Shown here: piece by piece, positions 1 through 12,704 of the stretch
Layout of the letters: the number at the start of each line of letters is the position of its first letter
Numbering within the stretch: position 1 is the stretch's first letter
DNA from: Eledone cirrhosa
Lineage: Eukaryota
Reading direction: 5' to 3'
Assembly: GCA_964016885.1 (NCBI GenBank)
Contig: OZ024758.1
Coordinates: forward strand, 30,008,001 to 30,072,000
DNA length: 64,000 bases
The notes under the pieces: model-generated
What the model was told of the DNA's origin: nothing
The model's input: the letters and a program-made list of their open reading frames with translations, nothing else
Databases searched by the model: none
Made by a program: the position numbers and the translations under genes

Positions 1-1514
1 GATTCTTTTTACCAATTTCTGGCCATTTTGAAGACCATATTTATTCTAAACATATAAAAAAATATCACAAGAAATTTAATTTCCAAAGTGAAACTGGTGT
101 AATATTTACTTCCAAAGCGAAACTGTTGTAATATTCACGTCAAAAGTGAAATAGTAATATTTTAGCATCTCATATACATAGAATTTGAAATCAGCAAAAT
201 ATTAGCCTTGAATATTTTACTGTTGAATTTTTTGTCATGTATTTCTTGGCTTATATACAAGTATATACGATATATATTAATAAGAAGAAAGATTAGACTT
301 TCACATTAAGCTTTCACATTACGATATTTCTTATAAAAGACACTGCCTGTGGTTTTGTTATTATTAAGCTGGTATTTGGAACATTTAACAAAGTGTCTTA
401 CAAATTATGATGAAAGGTTTTTAGGTAAATGTAAACACTTTACCCTTTAGTTACCAACCCAGCCAAAATCCAACCAACTCTGGTTCTATGCAATAAAATC
501 ACCCCTTTTAAAGTAAAATCTTCCAACCTTACATTAAGTTACTATCTTACTAATAAAATAATTAATAATTTTAGAAAATCCCTCGAAATCCTTCATTAAT
601 TAAAGGGTGAGAAAAATAAAATGTTTTGTATCATAGAACCAGGGGCAGTTCCAGATAGTTTGGTATCAAAAGGGCTAAACGGGATATAATCTTGATATTT
701 CATTTAAAAAGGCTCTAGTCATAAAGAGAGGGAGAAAGAGATACCTTAGTTTCTTAGGGTTCTATATCTGTATGTTGATCTAGAGACCATATATGGTTGT
801 CAGATATATATGAAGATAGTGGCAGTTGTGTTTTGGGTTACAAACATGTAGATAGCAATGGCAAGATTAGCCAAATCATGTAATGACTGAATATGTATCA
901 CAGCACTTTGACAAGGTGGGGTGCTGGAAAGGGAGTGGGCATTCCCCTCCTCCACGGACTAACATTAATTCTTTAGCATTTAAACCAGCCAGAATTCTCT
1001 CATCTCTTTCTGTTCAAACTGGCTGTTACCAGTCACTCATACTGATGTTAAGGTATTGTTCTCAAAATAAATAATATCAAAATCTCAAGGATTCAATAAT
1101 ATATGAGATAATTATGTGAGGTAAAGCCTTTACCGTGAAAATACAATAGTATATATAGAGTAATGTCTGTCTGTCCATCCCTCCCTCTGCCTGCCTGTTT
1201 GTCTGTCCATCCGTCTGTCACACTCACTTAAATTTTAATTCTTACATAAAATTATGTCGGAAAATTTTAGTTCAAATAGAAACCCTTTAAAATGTGTTGT
1301 TTAAGGGCCAAAACACTTGCTTGAGGAGGGGGGGGAGAGGTCTTCTCTGAAGAATTTCTGCTGTCCAGATGTGCTGAGAGTCTTTTAATACTGGGTTATG
1401 TTTCATAGAACCAGAGCCAGTTTTAACCAGGTTGGAAACAAAAGGGTTAATGTTTCACATTCACCAAATGATACTTTCTTCATTTCTCTTCAGGCTCTGG
1501 TGGATTTACTAAAA

Positions 1515-2482
1515 CAGGGGTTGGCAACCTTTTGGGGTGTGCGGGCCACATTGCTATGTAGTCTCTCATTGGTGGGCCACATTGCTATGCAGTATCTCAT
1601 TGGGAGGCCACATTTCTATGTAGTCTCTCATTGGTAGGCCACATTGCTATGTAGTCTCTCATTGGTGGGCCACATTGCTATGTAGTCTCTCATTGGTGGG
1701 CCACATTGCTATGTAGTCTCTCATTGGTGGGCCACATTGCTATGTAGTCTCTCATTGGTGGGTCACATTGCTATGTAGTCTCTCATTGGTGGGCCACATT
1801 GCTATGTAGTCTCTCATTGGTGGGCCACATTGCTATGTAGTCTCTCATTGGTGGGTCACATTGCTATGTAGTCTCTCATTGGGAGGTCACATTGCTATGT
1901 AGTCTCTCATTGGTGGGCCACATTGCTATGCAGTGTCTCGTTGGTATGCCATCATATCAAAATATAATAACTTTCCTCGACCTCAGACTGTTCTGTCCAG
2001 AAGGCTACCTTAATCCCGGGATTTAAAGAACAACAATGAATTTTATGTGACATTACTTTAATGATATTCCTTACTACAAATAAAATACAGGTAGAAATGG
2101 TAAATTGTTTAATGAGATTCTTGCCTGTCGTTGGGCAACTTCTCTACATCAGGTGAAATATTTGTCGAGGACAGGAGTAGAACATCATCCAGATGGTCAT
2201 CACACAGCCTTGTCCTTAATCTTTGGTACATATTTTGTAAAAAGAATTGTTCACAGGTATACGTAGTGTCAAATAATGATACTAGCACACACAGTCCCCT
2301 TGACCTATCTGTCTGAGTTTGTTTGTTACTGTCACGTAAAATATAACGTTCAGCTAAGTCAGTCTTGTGGTTAGACATTTCTCTGGTTGGTATTCTAATC
2401 CAAAATAATTCAGAACACTTTCTCAGGGATCGCTTAGCCTAAGAATGAAACCTGTTGGCGGGCTGGGGCTTACTGACCCTTG
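1515..2482 (-). mobile_element. Non-autonomous hAT (Charlie/Buster/SPIN-like) DNA transposon relic
   Basis: Left end CAGGGGTTGGCAA; degenerate inverted end at 2470-2482; minus-strand peptide FDTTYTCEQFF...RTRLCDDHLDDVL resembles the hAT dimerisation domain. No clear 8-bp TSD. Confidence 0.75.
1543..1950. repeat. 31-bp minisatellite, ~13 copies, in the hAT subterminal region
   Basis: Unit GGGCCACATTGCTATGTAGTCTCTCATTGGT. Confidence 0.95.
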
Positions 2483-2586
2483 TACGGCACTCTGTAATCT
2501 CTGTAACTAGGTTGGTGTATGGCGTGGCCGTCATGCTGGTCATATTGGTGGCTCTCGTGTGTTATTAATCTACTACCTTCTTTATC

Positions 2587-2745
2587 CACACACACACACA
2601 CACATATGTACCCCTTCATACACACACACACATATGCACTCCTTCATACACACTTATTCACATACACACACACACACACACATATTCACTACACACATAT
2701 ATACTCACACAATCACCACACACACACACATGGGTCACCACACAC
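2587..2745. repeat. Imperfect (CA)n microsatellite
   Basis: Directly visible. Confidence 0.9.
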
Positions 2746-2820
2746 TATGTAAAACCAATCTATATGCAACAGTACAACATCTCCATTCAGTTCTACTTAA
2801 TATTAATTATTAAAAAAAAC

Positions 2821-3005
2821 AGGGCGGTGGATTGGCAGTATCGGTAGAGGGTCGGACGCCATGCTTTCCAGCATAGTTACGTCCCTTTACCATCTGAGTT
2901 CAAATCCCGCCGAGGTTGACTTTGCCTTTCATCCTTACGGGGTCGATAAAATAAAGTACCAGTAATGTACTGGTAATTGCTGGCCTTGTGCCTAAAGTAG
3001 AAACA
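2821..3005 (+). mobile_element. tRNA-derived SINE family A (core GCCTTTCATCCTTACGGGGTCGATAAAATAAAGTACCAG, Nin/Deu-domain-like)
   Basis: B-box-like GAGTTCAAATCCC; flanked by ATTAATTATTAAAAAAAC duplication; more than 15 copies or fragments in the window. Confidence 0.85.
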
Positions 3006-3134
3006 ATTAATTATTAAAAAAACATTTTGTTTTCTTCAGTTTTACTCACTGAAAAATCCCTGGCCAGGAATTCAAGGTCACTTTTCCATGACAACTTATA
3101 AATGTTACCATTTCAAATTTATATATACATATTT

Positions 3135-3353
3135 TTTTAACGATCGACTTTCATCAAATCGGACCGAGGAAACAGTGTTTCCGTCGATCTTTCCAGTTGC
3201 TAATACTATCTTTCGGTCACAACTCCAGGGAGAAGGAGCAATGTGAAATAAAGTGTCTTGCTCAAGGACATAACGCATCGCCTGGTCCAGGAATCGAGCT
3301 CACAACCTCACGATTGTGAATCCAATTCTCTAACCACTCAGCCACACGCCTTC
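3135..3353 (-). mobile_element. tRNA-derived SINE family C (also ~23950-24215 +, ~40305-40440 -)
   Basis: tRNA-like head on minus strand plus CTTGAGCAAGACACTTTATTTCAC; body shared with the other two copies. Confidence 0.7.
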
Positions 3354-3480
3354 ATATATACATATATATGTTATATATACAGATGGTATATATGCATAAA
3401 TGTTATAGATACATATACGTTATATATGTATATACATGTTACTATTTCCAGTTTATATATACATATACATGTTATATATA

Positions 3481-6400
3481 CATCATCATCATCATTTTAC
3501 GTCCATTTTTCCCTGCTTGCAAGGGTGGGACGGGTCCTATTCAGCACAGCATCTCTCCACTTTCCACGGTCCTTCGTCATGTCCTCTGTGAGCTTCAGCG
3601 ATCTGAGGTCTTCTCTCACCACCTCCACCCATGTTTTTCGTGGTCTACCTCTACTGGGATTTCTTGGCACTTCTTTACCCAGCGGTCATCCTCCATGCGC
3701 ATCACATGTCTATACCATCTCAGCCTTCTCTCCTGCACACCACAACTTATCCCTTTTATACCCAGTTTCTTTATCAACTCGTCTATGCTTGGTCGTTCAC
3801 GCACATTGACATTGCACATCTAGCAGAGCATGCTTGCTTCATTTCTCTCCAGCCGTCGCATATCCTCTGCAGTTGCTGCCCATGTCTCACTACCATGCAG
3901 CATCGCGCATCTCACACAGGCATCATATAACCGTCTTTTTGTACTCAGGGAGAAACCATTCTTTGTCAACAGAGGAAGCAGCTCCCTAAACTTCTTCCAA
4001 CCCGTCCTTATTCTAGATACTATGGGCCTGACCCCCCCCCCCCCCCCATGCTAATCTGATCACCTAGGTACCGGGAGCTATCAACCACTTCTATAGAACC
4101 CACCTGCATTGGAAAAATGTGTCTATCACTGCGATTACTACTGCCAACTTTCCCTGTACATTTACTGCATACATAGTTTTCCCTACCTGTTAGTTTGCCT
4201 GCTATCCCACTACATCTCTTGTGTACCCAAGATCTGCATTCTATGCATTTTATGGAATTTATGCCAGTTCCTTTCCTACATATCGAACACAGGCATTTCC
4301 CTGGTGGAATCAGAGTATTGTCTTCTCTTCTACTTATCAACACTTTTGTCTTAGCTATGTTCACTCTCAGTCCTCTTGATTCCAACTGCTGTTTCCATAG
4401 CCAGAATTTATTCTCTAGCTTCTCTACTGATTCTGCTATAAGAACCAGATCATCAGCATAGAGAAGTTCTCATGGGCATCCAGTCTTAAACTCCTCTGTT
4501 ATGGCTTGGAGGACTATAATGAACAAGAGCAGGCTGAGGACCGAACCCTGATGTACACCTACTTGTATCTGGAATTCTTCACTAAACTCCATTCCTACTC
4601 TCACTTTACTGACAGCCCCCCTGTACATAGCTTGCACTGTCTTCACAAGCCATTCCTCTACACCTAGTTTTCTTAGGGACCACCAGATGACAGATCGGGG
4701 TACCCTATCAAAGGCCTTCTCTAGGTCAACAAAAGCTAAGTATAGTGGCTTATTCTTCTCTAAGAACCTCTCTTGTAGTTGCCTCACTAAGAAGAAGGCA
4801 TCTGTTTACTTTTCCGAGGCACAAAACCAAACTGCATCTCATCTAATTTGACCCTTTCTCTAATCAGTTGCGCTAATATTCTCTCTGCCACTTTCAAAAC
4901 CTGATCCATCAGCTTTATGCCCCTATAATTGCTCCTCTCTAGAGCATCCCCTTTACCTTTGTAGCAATTTATGAGAATACTGTTGCACCAGTCTTTGGGT
5001 ATGACACTACCATATATAGCTTGATTGATGATGCGTGCAACCAGTTTAGTGCCTACTTCTGATGCCTTCAGCATCTCAGCAACTATCCCCAACGGTCCAG
5101 CAGCCTTACCAATCTTCATTTCCTTAATTGCCTCTTGGACCCTATATTCGTCAATCTCAATAGCTGGTCCCTCTGTTGGGTCTACTGGGGGTAATTCCTC
5201 TCTGTCCCATTCATTCTCCACATTCATCAGTCTCTCATAATGACATTTCCAAACCTCCTTCTTTTGATCATTCATGACACTAAGTACACCGGCATCATTC
5301 TGGACACACTTATCTCCAACAACATCCTGATTTGCACTGACAGACTGCCTTGCAATGCGGAACACCGCAAGTCTCTGATCTTCCCGTCGCAGAACATTGG
5401 CAAACCTCCTACTCTCAGCCTCCCTGCGTGTTAAGTACACCTGACGTCTAGCTTCTCTCCTAGCGGCTGTGTATCCTTCTCTACTCCCACCATTTTTCAA
5501 AGCCTTCCATGCCAGTCTTTTGTCTCTAATGGCCCTATCTACCGTGCTGTTCCACCACCAGGTCACACTCTGCCTGGTTGAAGCTCTACCCCAACCACAA
5601 GTTTCTTCAGTAGCCTGCAGTAAGTTGTCATGCAAGAAATTCCAGTTACCATCTATGTCATACGACTCTAAATCGTCTTATTTTTCATCATACGCATCTT
5701 GAAGGGCTTTGCTAAATTTATATTTTAATGAAAGGTCTTTTAGTTTCCAGACCTTTCTTTTCCACACCTTCCTGTATGTCTCATTCTTTCTCTTGCTTAC
5801 TGAGATGTCACTAAAGACTAACCTATGCTGTGGGGTACATTCTTCCCCGGGGTATGCCTTAGCATTTGACACCATCTGTCTGTCTCGCTGTCTAACTAGC
5901 AGGATGTCAATCTGGCTTATGTGCTCGCCTGATTTGTAGGTTATTAGGCTTCTGAAAGTTAGTGCATTTGCAGCACAGAATTCAAGAAGCCTCACTCCTT
6001 CTTCATTTCTTGAGCCGTAACCATGCCCACCATGTACCCCAGTGTATCCATCCTGGAGCTGTCCAACATGTCCATTGAAGTCCCCTGCTAGCATTGTCCT
6101 ATGTCATTGAGGCTGTCTGTAAAAGCAGTCTTTTTCTTCTTTACCTAGGCCTGCCTGGGGAGCATAGTAGTCTCCTGCCTCCAACTAACCTAAGCTTAAT
6201 TATTCTATCACTAACTCTAACTACCTCTATTGTCTTATTGATCCACCTCTCAGCCAGTAATATGCCCACCCCACCTAATCCATCATCATTACCCACCCAG
6301 AAAAGCTTATACTACGATGTCTGCCTGCGAGTAGTCTTGCAGAGGCACCTCTCCATCTCACCTCTTGCACACAGCACACATCCACATGCCTTCTCTCCAG

Positions 6401-6600
6401 CATCTCCGCTATCTCACCAGATCTACCTGCTAGAGTGCCAACATTAAGTGTGGCAACTCTGAGATGCGACATCTCGTTCTTTTCCCTGCTGTGCGATTCC
6501 TTGATGACACTCGGGAGGGTTCTCACACATGGCCTCACTAGCCACCCCACTACCGTGCGCAGCCTTAACATGGTTAGTGTTATTGTTGTTTATGCAGTTG
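3481..6600 (-). mobile_element. RTE-clade LINE, near full length, inactivated by frameshifts and stops
   Basis: APE endonuclease (ATLNVGTL, CCVQEVRW, LAGDFNGHVG), RT (NYRGIKL, AFVDLEKAFDRVP, GVHQGSVLS, LYADDLV), RRLRWY.HVMRM C-terminus, (GAT)n tail at 3481-3494. Confidence 0.93.
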
Positions 6601-6642
6601 TTTTTGTATGATTGCTTGATATATATATATATATATGATATA

Positions 6643-7588
6643 CTAGCATTAAAGCCCGGCGTTGTTCGGGGTCAGTAAGTTACCAAAGTTAGGTTGCACC
6701 ACCCATTTTATGGCAGCACTTTTTTGTCTCCCAGGCACTGGGTGAATGAATTGCAGACCTGAACTGCCGAAGCAGGAGCTGCGCCAGCAGTGACAATTGT
6801 AGTTTCGCCTATGGATATTATCTCTGTGCAAAGAAGTGTTGAAATTTATTGTTTCACAGTACTTGCGCAACACGCGCGTAGACGATGCCAGCCGAACAAC
6901 AGAGCTGCGATGGATTTTTTCTGCATGGTTGTCTAATGTGTGTTTTCTAAATTTAAGACAGTAGGGAGGGGTGTGATATGGGGGAGAGTTAGCTGCTGTT
7001 TCTAGCAGGTTTTGTGACCTCATAGAGGATATTATTGTGTATAGTAAATAAACTGATACTTCTTTCTTCTATGTTCGTTGAGAGATGTTTTAAAAAAGAT
7101 TTATCGCTATTTTTTTTGTTGTTGAATAAATTTATCTGTTGCTTTTGAATAATTGTTGTTTCGTATGAAATGTTATAAGTTCTCTTCGATGTCATTGAAG
7201 TAAATAAATGTTTGACCGTTCCACACTCAAAAACAAACGTTCTCTCTCTCTCTCCTTCATTTATTTCTCTCTTCTTTCTTCGAAGTTTGTAAGTTTAAGC
7301 ATATATAAGAGAAAGTTGCAGCATGTATGTAGTTTTATTGAATTTTAAGGGGAGTAGAGAGAGGATATCAGATTGTATTAGAGGGGTGAAGCGTCATGTA
7401 TTTAGTTTTATCGATTATTTCCGTAATTGTGGGTGAGTTTGAAATAAATAAATAGTCGTTGACCTAAGTTAGACCATTTACAACATTCTTACAGACTTTG
7501 AGTTGAATCGGTTTGAAATTGTGCAAATGTAAAACATGGAACATGCACACACACACAACAACAACAACAACAATCTGCCTTTTATAGA
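6643..7588 (-). mobile_element. Non-autonomous Helitron
   Basis: Minus strand starts TCTATAAAAGGCAG with (GTT)n/(GT)n, ends CCCGAACAACGCCGGGC hairpin then CTAG, in an A|T site. Confidence 0.75.
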
Positions 7589-7685
7589 TAATGATACATA
7601 TATGTTATATTTGCATATGCATGTTATATATGCATATCTTATATATACATATGTTATATATACATATATGTTATATAATAAAAAA

Positions 7686-8405
7686 TGATAATGAAATTAT
7701 TATGTACAGTGCGAGGTGCATGTATAGTACATAGAATAATTGTTTCTACTTTTGGTACAAGGCCAGCAATTATCCCAGTACATTACTGGTACTTTATTTT
7801 ATCGACCCCGTAAGGATGAAAGGATTAACCATAGTTAATTTGTACATAGAATAATGTACAAATGTCAGGAAAGTGAACAGTGTATGAGTCATGATATACA
7901 TGTGTGCATGTGTATGGAGGGGGGATATCAGGTGTAGTGTTGGCGAATTTCAGGAAGCATGGAGGTTTTAAAGGATGCAGTGTCTCGGCAGCTATCATAC
8001 TCTGAGCGCCTTGCTTCCTGGGCATGGTACATTGACGCTCCGACGTCTGACAACTGACTTGGTAAACACCCACAAAATCGTTAACCATCTTGCCAACAAC
8101 AACCCTGAGCACCTTTTTGAATTCCATGTGTCTAACACACGTGGACATGCCTAATAAGCTAGAAAACAGCACAGTTCCCATGACTTTCGGAAACATTCTT
8201 TCACACTCAGTTGTTAGCTGTCGAGACACTGCATCCTTTAAAATCTCCATGCTCCCTGAGATTTGCCAACACTACACCAGATGTACCCCCTCCATACACA
8301 CACACACATGTATTTCATGACTCGTACACTGATATTTCTACATTATTCTATGTACTATACTATGATGAGTTGTAGTGCACCTGAGCACTGTACTCAATAA
8401 TTTCA

Positions 8406-8441
<36 letters not shown>
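7686..8441. mobile_element. CR1-clade LINE 3' end (+, ~8000-8441, (ATT)n tail) with an inverted copy of its 3' end (-, ~7686-7994)
   Basis: Frameshifted YSERL.LG..TL.LRRL.TDL and NTRGH..K...FRKH motifs; arms 7842-7994 and 8215-8355 are reverse complements. Confidence 0.75.
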
Positions 8442-8444
<3 letters not shown>

Positions 8445-8784
8445 CCAGCCAGAATGCTCTCACCTCTTTCTGTTCAAACCAGCCATAACTGGCCACACAT
8501 AGTGAGATTAAATAAATAATATCATCACTGAAATCTCATAGATTCCATATGTGAGATAAAGCCTTTACCATAAAAATAGAATAGTAGAGTAATGTAAATG
8601 CTAAAGGGTTAACACTTTACTCTAGGCTTTACCTCACATAATATCGAATCTACAAGGTTTTGATATTATTTATTTTGAGAACAATACTTTAACATAAGTA
8701 TGAGCAGCCGGTTATGGCCGGTTTGAACAGAAAGAAGTGAGAGAATTCTGGCCAAGCACAGTCAGTTTAAATGCTAATGGGTTA
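8445..8784. mobile_element. Two opposed fragments of the TTAA/piggyBac-like MITE
   Basis: TAAATGCTAAAGGG-TTAA termini and internal sequence shared with 13311-13520. Confidence 0.7.
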
Positions 8785-8919
8785 AGGGAAGTTTGTTGCT
8801 ATTTCTAGCATATTGGCTGCATTTGTAATGACTCCTCCAATAATCATATCTGGTCTACTACATTGGCTTTGTAAAACTTAATATGAATTTATGCTAGAAA
8901 ATTGATTTTCTCATACAAA

Positions 8920-9238
8920 TAAGAGTGAATGAGATATAAAGAGGAGGAGGTTGTTGGGGGTGAGGTCTTATTAAGCAGGAGACTCCAATGTAGATAAGAT
9001 ACACTTCCAAACTTCCAGCATTACTAATGCTTCATTATAACACTGTGTATACTAGAAATAGCAGCTAAATTCCTTCAAATCATATTTGAACGGAAAAAGA
9101 TGAGTATCACCACACTGTTACAATGAAGCATTAGTAATGCTGGAAGTTTGGAAGTGTATCTTATCTACATTGGAGTCTCCTGCTTAATAAGACCTCACCC
9201 CCAACAACCTCCTCCTCTTTATATCTCATTCACTCTTA
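8920..9238. repeat. Near-perfect ~120-bp inverted repeat with ~70-bp loop
   Basis: 8920-9042 is the reverse complement of 9116-9238. Confidence 0.92.
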
Positions 9239-9859
9239 CTCACCCTCCTCCTTATTTACTGCACTATACTGCACACATAATTAGTGATTGCATCAGATCT
9301 GCCTGAACACCCCCTTCCTCTGATGCTCACCCACTTACTCTCTTATTTACTGTACCAGGTTACCCAAAAATGGGGCAAGGGGTAGTCTTATCTGTATTCA
9401 ATCCCCTTATCACCAACCTTATCACTCTACTCTTTTTCTCATCATGGTGGATATTTATGAAGGATTGCATCAAATCTTTTCATACCGGCCAACTCAGCCC
9501 ATAATCCTACCACCCCCCTCTCTCTCCTTAACCGTTTCTCATTCACATATACCATTCTGTCCCACCACCCATCAATTTCTCTTTCTCCCCAGTATGTAGC
9601 TACCATTACTTTCTCCACTACAGGGAAAATGGACATTAAAATGATGATGAGGATGATGATGTATGTGTGTGTGTATTTGATATAGTTGGGGATAAATTAG
9701 CAAACTTCACACATAATGCATAAAATATCAATTTTCTGATTTAGTTTCCAAATTGTCATTGTCTCAGTTTATTGTAGATTTTGTTACATTATATAACTAC
9801 TCTCATTACATTTAACACTTTTCATACCACACTACTTCTAACTGCTTCATAGTCCAAAA

Positions 9860-10184
9860 ATACACCCCCCACTCCCACCAACACCACCCCTTTCTCTGTA
9901 AAGTTATGTTGGTACCACAACACTCAGTCCAAAATAAATGAGGTCGTGTAGGTGTCACGACAAAAAACACACAGTCCACGCTGTAATGTGGCCGTGTAGG
10001 TAACACGCTAAAAACCTCTCAGTCCACACTGTAAACATGGTTGGTGTTAGGAAGGGCATCCAGCCGTAGAAAACCTGCCAGACAGTCCCATACGAGCGAC
10101 ACAACCAATCTTGCCTCAAGTGGGACAATTCCCGTCTAAACCCATGCTAGCATGGAAGATAGACGTTAAACAATGATGATGATG
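9860..10184 (+). mobile_element. RTE-related 3' UTR/SINE fragment with (GAT)n tail
   Basis: TTAGGAAGGGCATCCAGC core and CCCATGCTAGCATGGAA...GACGTTAAA(TGA)n end; inverted relative to 10896-11200. Confidence 0.7.
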
Positions 10185-10895
10185 AGTTCTATGATACAAA
10201 ACTTTATTTTAATCTTTAGGACGCTGAAGGTTTTTAATAAATTGCTTTCTTTGACACTGTATTATGTATTAAAGGGAGACTACTCTCTTGTCACAATTTG
10301 TTGTTGACAGTGTGTTAAAGGTTAAAGGGTTTCAGTGAGTGAGTGAAGCCTGGGATCTTGTAGATTGTTGAATATAAATATATATATATATCCTCTCAAC
10401 ATTTTGAATGGGGAAATAGTTTCAGTTTATGAACATTTCAGATGAGGAGCCGAGGTGCCGCGTATACCACACTCATTGCTTCATCACTGCCTCTTATAAT
10501 TCGATTGACATCTGCTTTAGTGCAACTAAAACTTTTGTTATACTCATTATTATTAGAGCGTCAGGCACCATGATTTGCAGCATAGAGTTACGCCCCTTTA
10601 CGTTCTGAGTTCAAATCCAGACAAGGTTAGCTTTGCCTTTCATCCTTAAGGGGTCGATAAAGTAAAGTACCAGTAATGCACTGAAGTAATTGCTGACCTT
10701 GTGCCTAAAGTAGAAACATCTTTATTATATATATATATATATTATATTTAATGATACATATATGTTATATATGCATATCTTATATATACATATGTTATAT
10801 ATACATATATGTTATATAATAAAAAATGATAATGAAATTATTATGTACAGTGCGAGGTGCATGTATAGTACATAGAATAATTTAATATATATATA

Positions 10896-11540
10896 TCATC
10901 ATCATCATCATCAACGTTTAACGTCCGTGTTCCACGCTTGCATGGGTTTGGACGGGGGTAGTCCCACTTGAGGCAAGAGTGATTGTCTTGCTCGCATAGG
11001 ACTGTCTGGCAGGTTTTCTACAGTTGGATGCCCTTCCTAACACCAACCACATTTACAGTGTGGGTCTGGGAGGTTTTTACCGTGTTGCCTACACGGCCAC
11101 ATTACAGCGTGGACTGTGTGTTTTTTTGTCGTGACACCTACACGATCTCATTTGTTTCGGCCTGGATGGCGCGGCACCAACATAACTTTACATAGAACAG
11201 GGTGGTGGGGTGGGGGGGGGGGTATTTTGTTAGAGATGCCTACTGGCTGGAGTAGGTTTTACTATATATTTAGGTAAGGCGGGTCTTCTCTGTTACTGAG
11301 TACCGCCAAAGGTCTCGGTCCAGTGACATTGTCTTGAAGAGGTGTAAGTGTGTGATGTCGGAGTTTATCAGCTCGTCCCAGGTTTTTCTAGGTCTGCCTA
11401 TTCCGTGACTACCGTCTATCTTTATTGCCCTGCACTTTGTTATACAGCTATCGACTTTCATGCGCATCACGTGTCCATACCAACGTAACCTTCTCTCGAG
11501 TAAACAACATCTGATCCCTCTTATCGCTAATTTTTTCCTT
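10896..11540 (-). mobile_element. 5'-truncated RTE LINE (C-terminus + 3' UTR + (GAT)n tail)
   Basis: RRLRWYGHVMRM...GRPRKTW peptide at 11270-11540 followed on the minus strand by UTR and tail. Confidence 0.8.
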
Positions 11541-12362
11541 ATATATATATATATATATATATATACAGTAGAAAGATCGAGAATCGGAATATCGGCCCAC
11601 GAAATCACGATAAACAATATCCGACATGTGTGGCAGAGGGCTCAATAGTTTGGATAAACCAGAGCTATAACTATCGTTAAAATACCAACACACAGAGGTC
11701 ATGCCTAAAATCACCCGTGCAGCCGAAAAAGAACAACCAGGAAGATTCGGGTCACTCAAATAAAATATCAATAAATTAATAAATTAAATGAATGTATAAA
11801 ACTCACCCGGACCCGCTAGAAAGATGTTAAAATCTAGCTTCTTGGGTTTCTGCAATTCCTTAATCAAATCACTATCCGCCCACATAAAAAATATATAAGA
11901 CTTCTAGAGAAGAGATGAACGAGGAAAAGCTTCTTCAACGAGTTTTCGTTCAATAATATAGAGGGGACCTATAGCCAAAAACTCACATGGTATTCAGCAA
12001 GGGAGGGAACCCCTATATTAGCGAAAGAATTCGGTGATGTGTAAATTATGTAAAAATACAAAGTATCACATATCGAATCAGAGTGCTCAACAGACGTGTT
12101 AAAATAAACAAGAGCTATTCATCAGTCAATAAGATCAACAAAATATATATATTAGAAAGTGAGGTTTTTTTTACAAAATGAAAAATAACCGAGGTGTCCT
12201 ACACGAGTGAAAGTATAAGGAAAAAAGATGAAATCGAAAATGCAACTGGAGTCTTTTTTTTTTTAAATATATTTATTTGGTTCCTTTACCGGTTTTGCAG
12301 TTCTTGTGCTTTCCAAAAGTAGAATTGAGATGGAAGGTCTGTGGGTTTTCCCACATATATAT

Positions 12363-12704
12363 GGAGGCACATGGCTTAGTGGTTAGAGCATTGGCCTTGC
12401 AATCGAAAGGTTGTGAGTTCAATTCTCAGACCGGGTGATGTGTTGTTTCCTTGAGCAAGACACTTTATTTCACATTGCTCCAGTTTACTCAGCTGTAGAA
12501 ATGAGATGATAGGGGCTGGGATCCCTATCATTCCACTGCAAAGTGGTCGTGGAGGTGCCACGGCAAAAAAGCACCCAGCACTCACTGTAAATGACGTTGG
12601 TGTTAGGAAGGGCATCCAGCTGTAGAAATCAAGCCAGAATCAGTTCCCGTCCCACCCTTGCAAGCAGGGAAAAGGGGACGTAAAATGATGATGATGATGA
12701 TGAT
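12363..12704 (+). mobile_element. tRNA-derived SINE family B with RTE-derived 3' tail (also 14350-14658 -, 25507-25850 +, 52140-52484 -)
   Basis: A-box TGGCTTAGTGG, B-box GAGTTCAATTC; tail CCCGTCCCACCCTTGCAAGCAGGGAAAA..GACGTAAAA(TGA)n matches the RTE 3' end at 3481-3535. Confidence 0.88.

Noticed and set aside
1494-1514. Possible upstream SLC7 exon after a strong ttctcttcAG
   Set aside because: Sequence does not encode the expected W..LN.VTEE..NP peptide and runs into the hAT TIR; a candidate at ~3040 fails likewise.
12363-12440. tRNA gene
   Set aside because: tRNA-derived SINE head continuing into SINE body in several copies; no complete cloverleaf.
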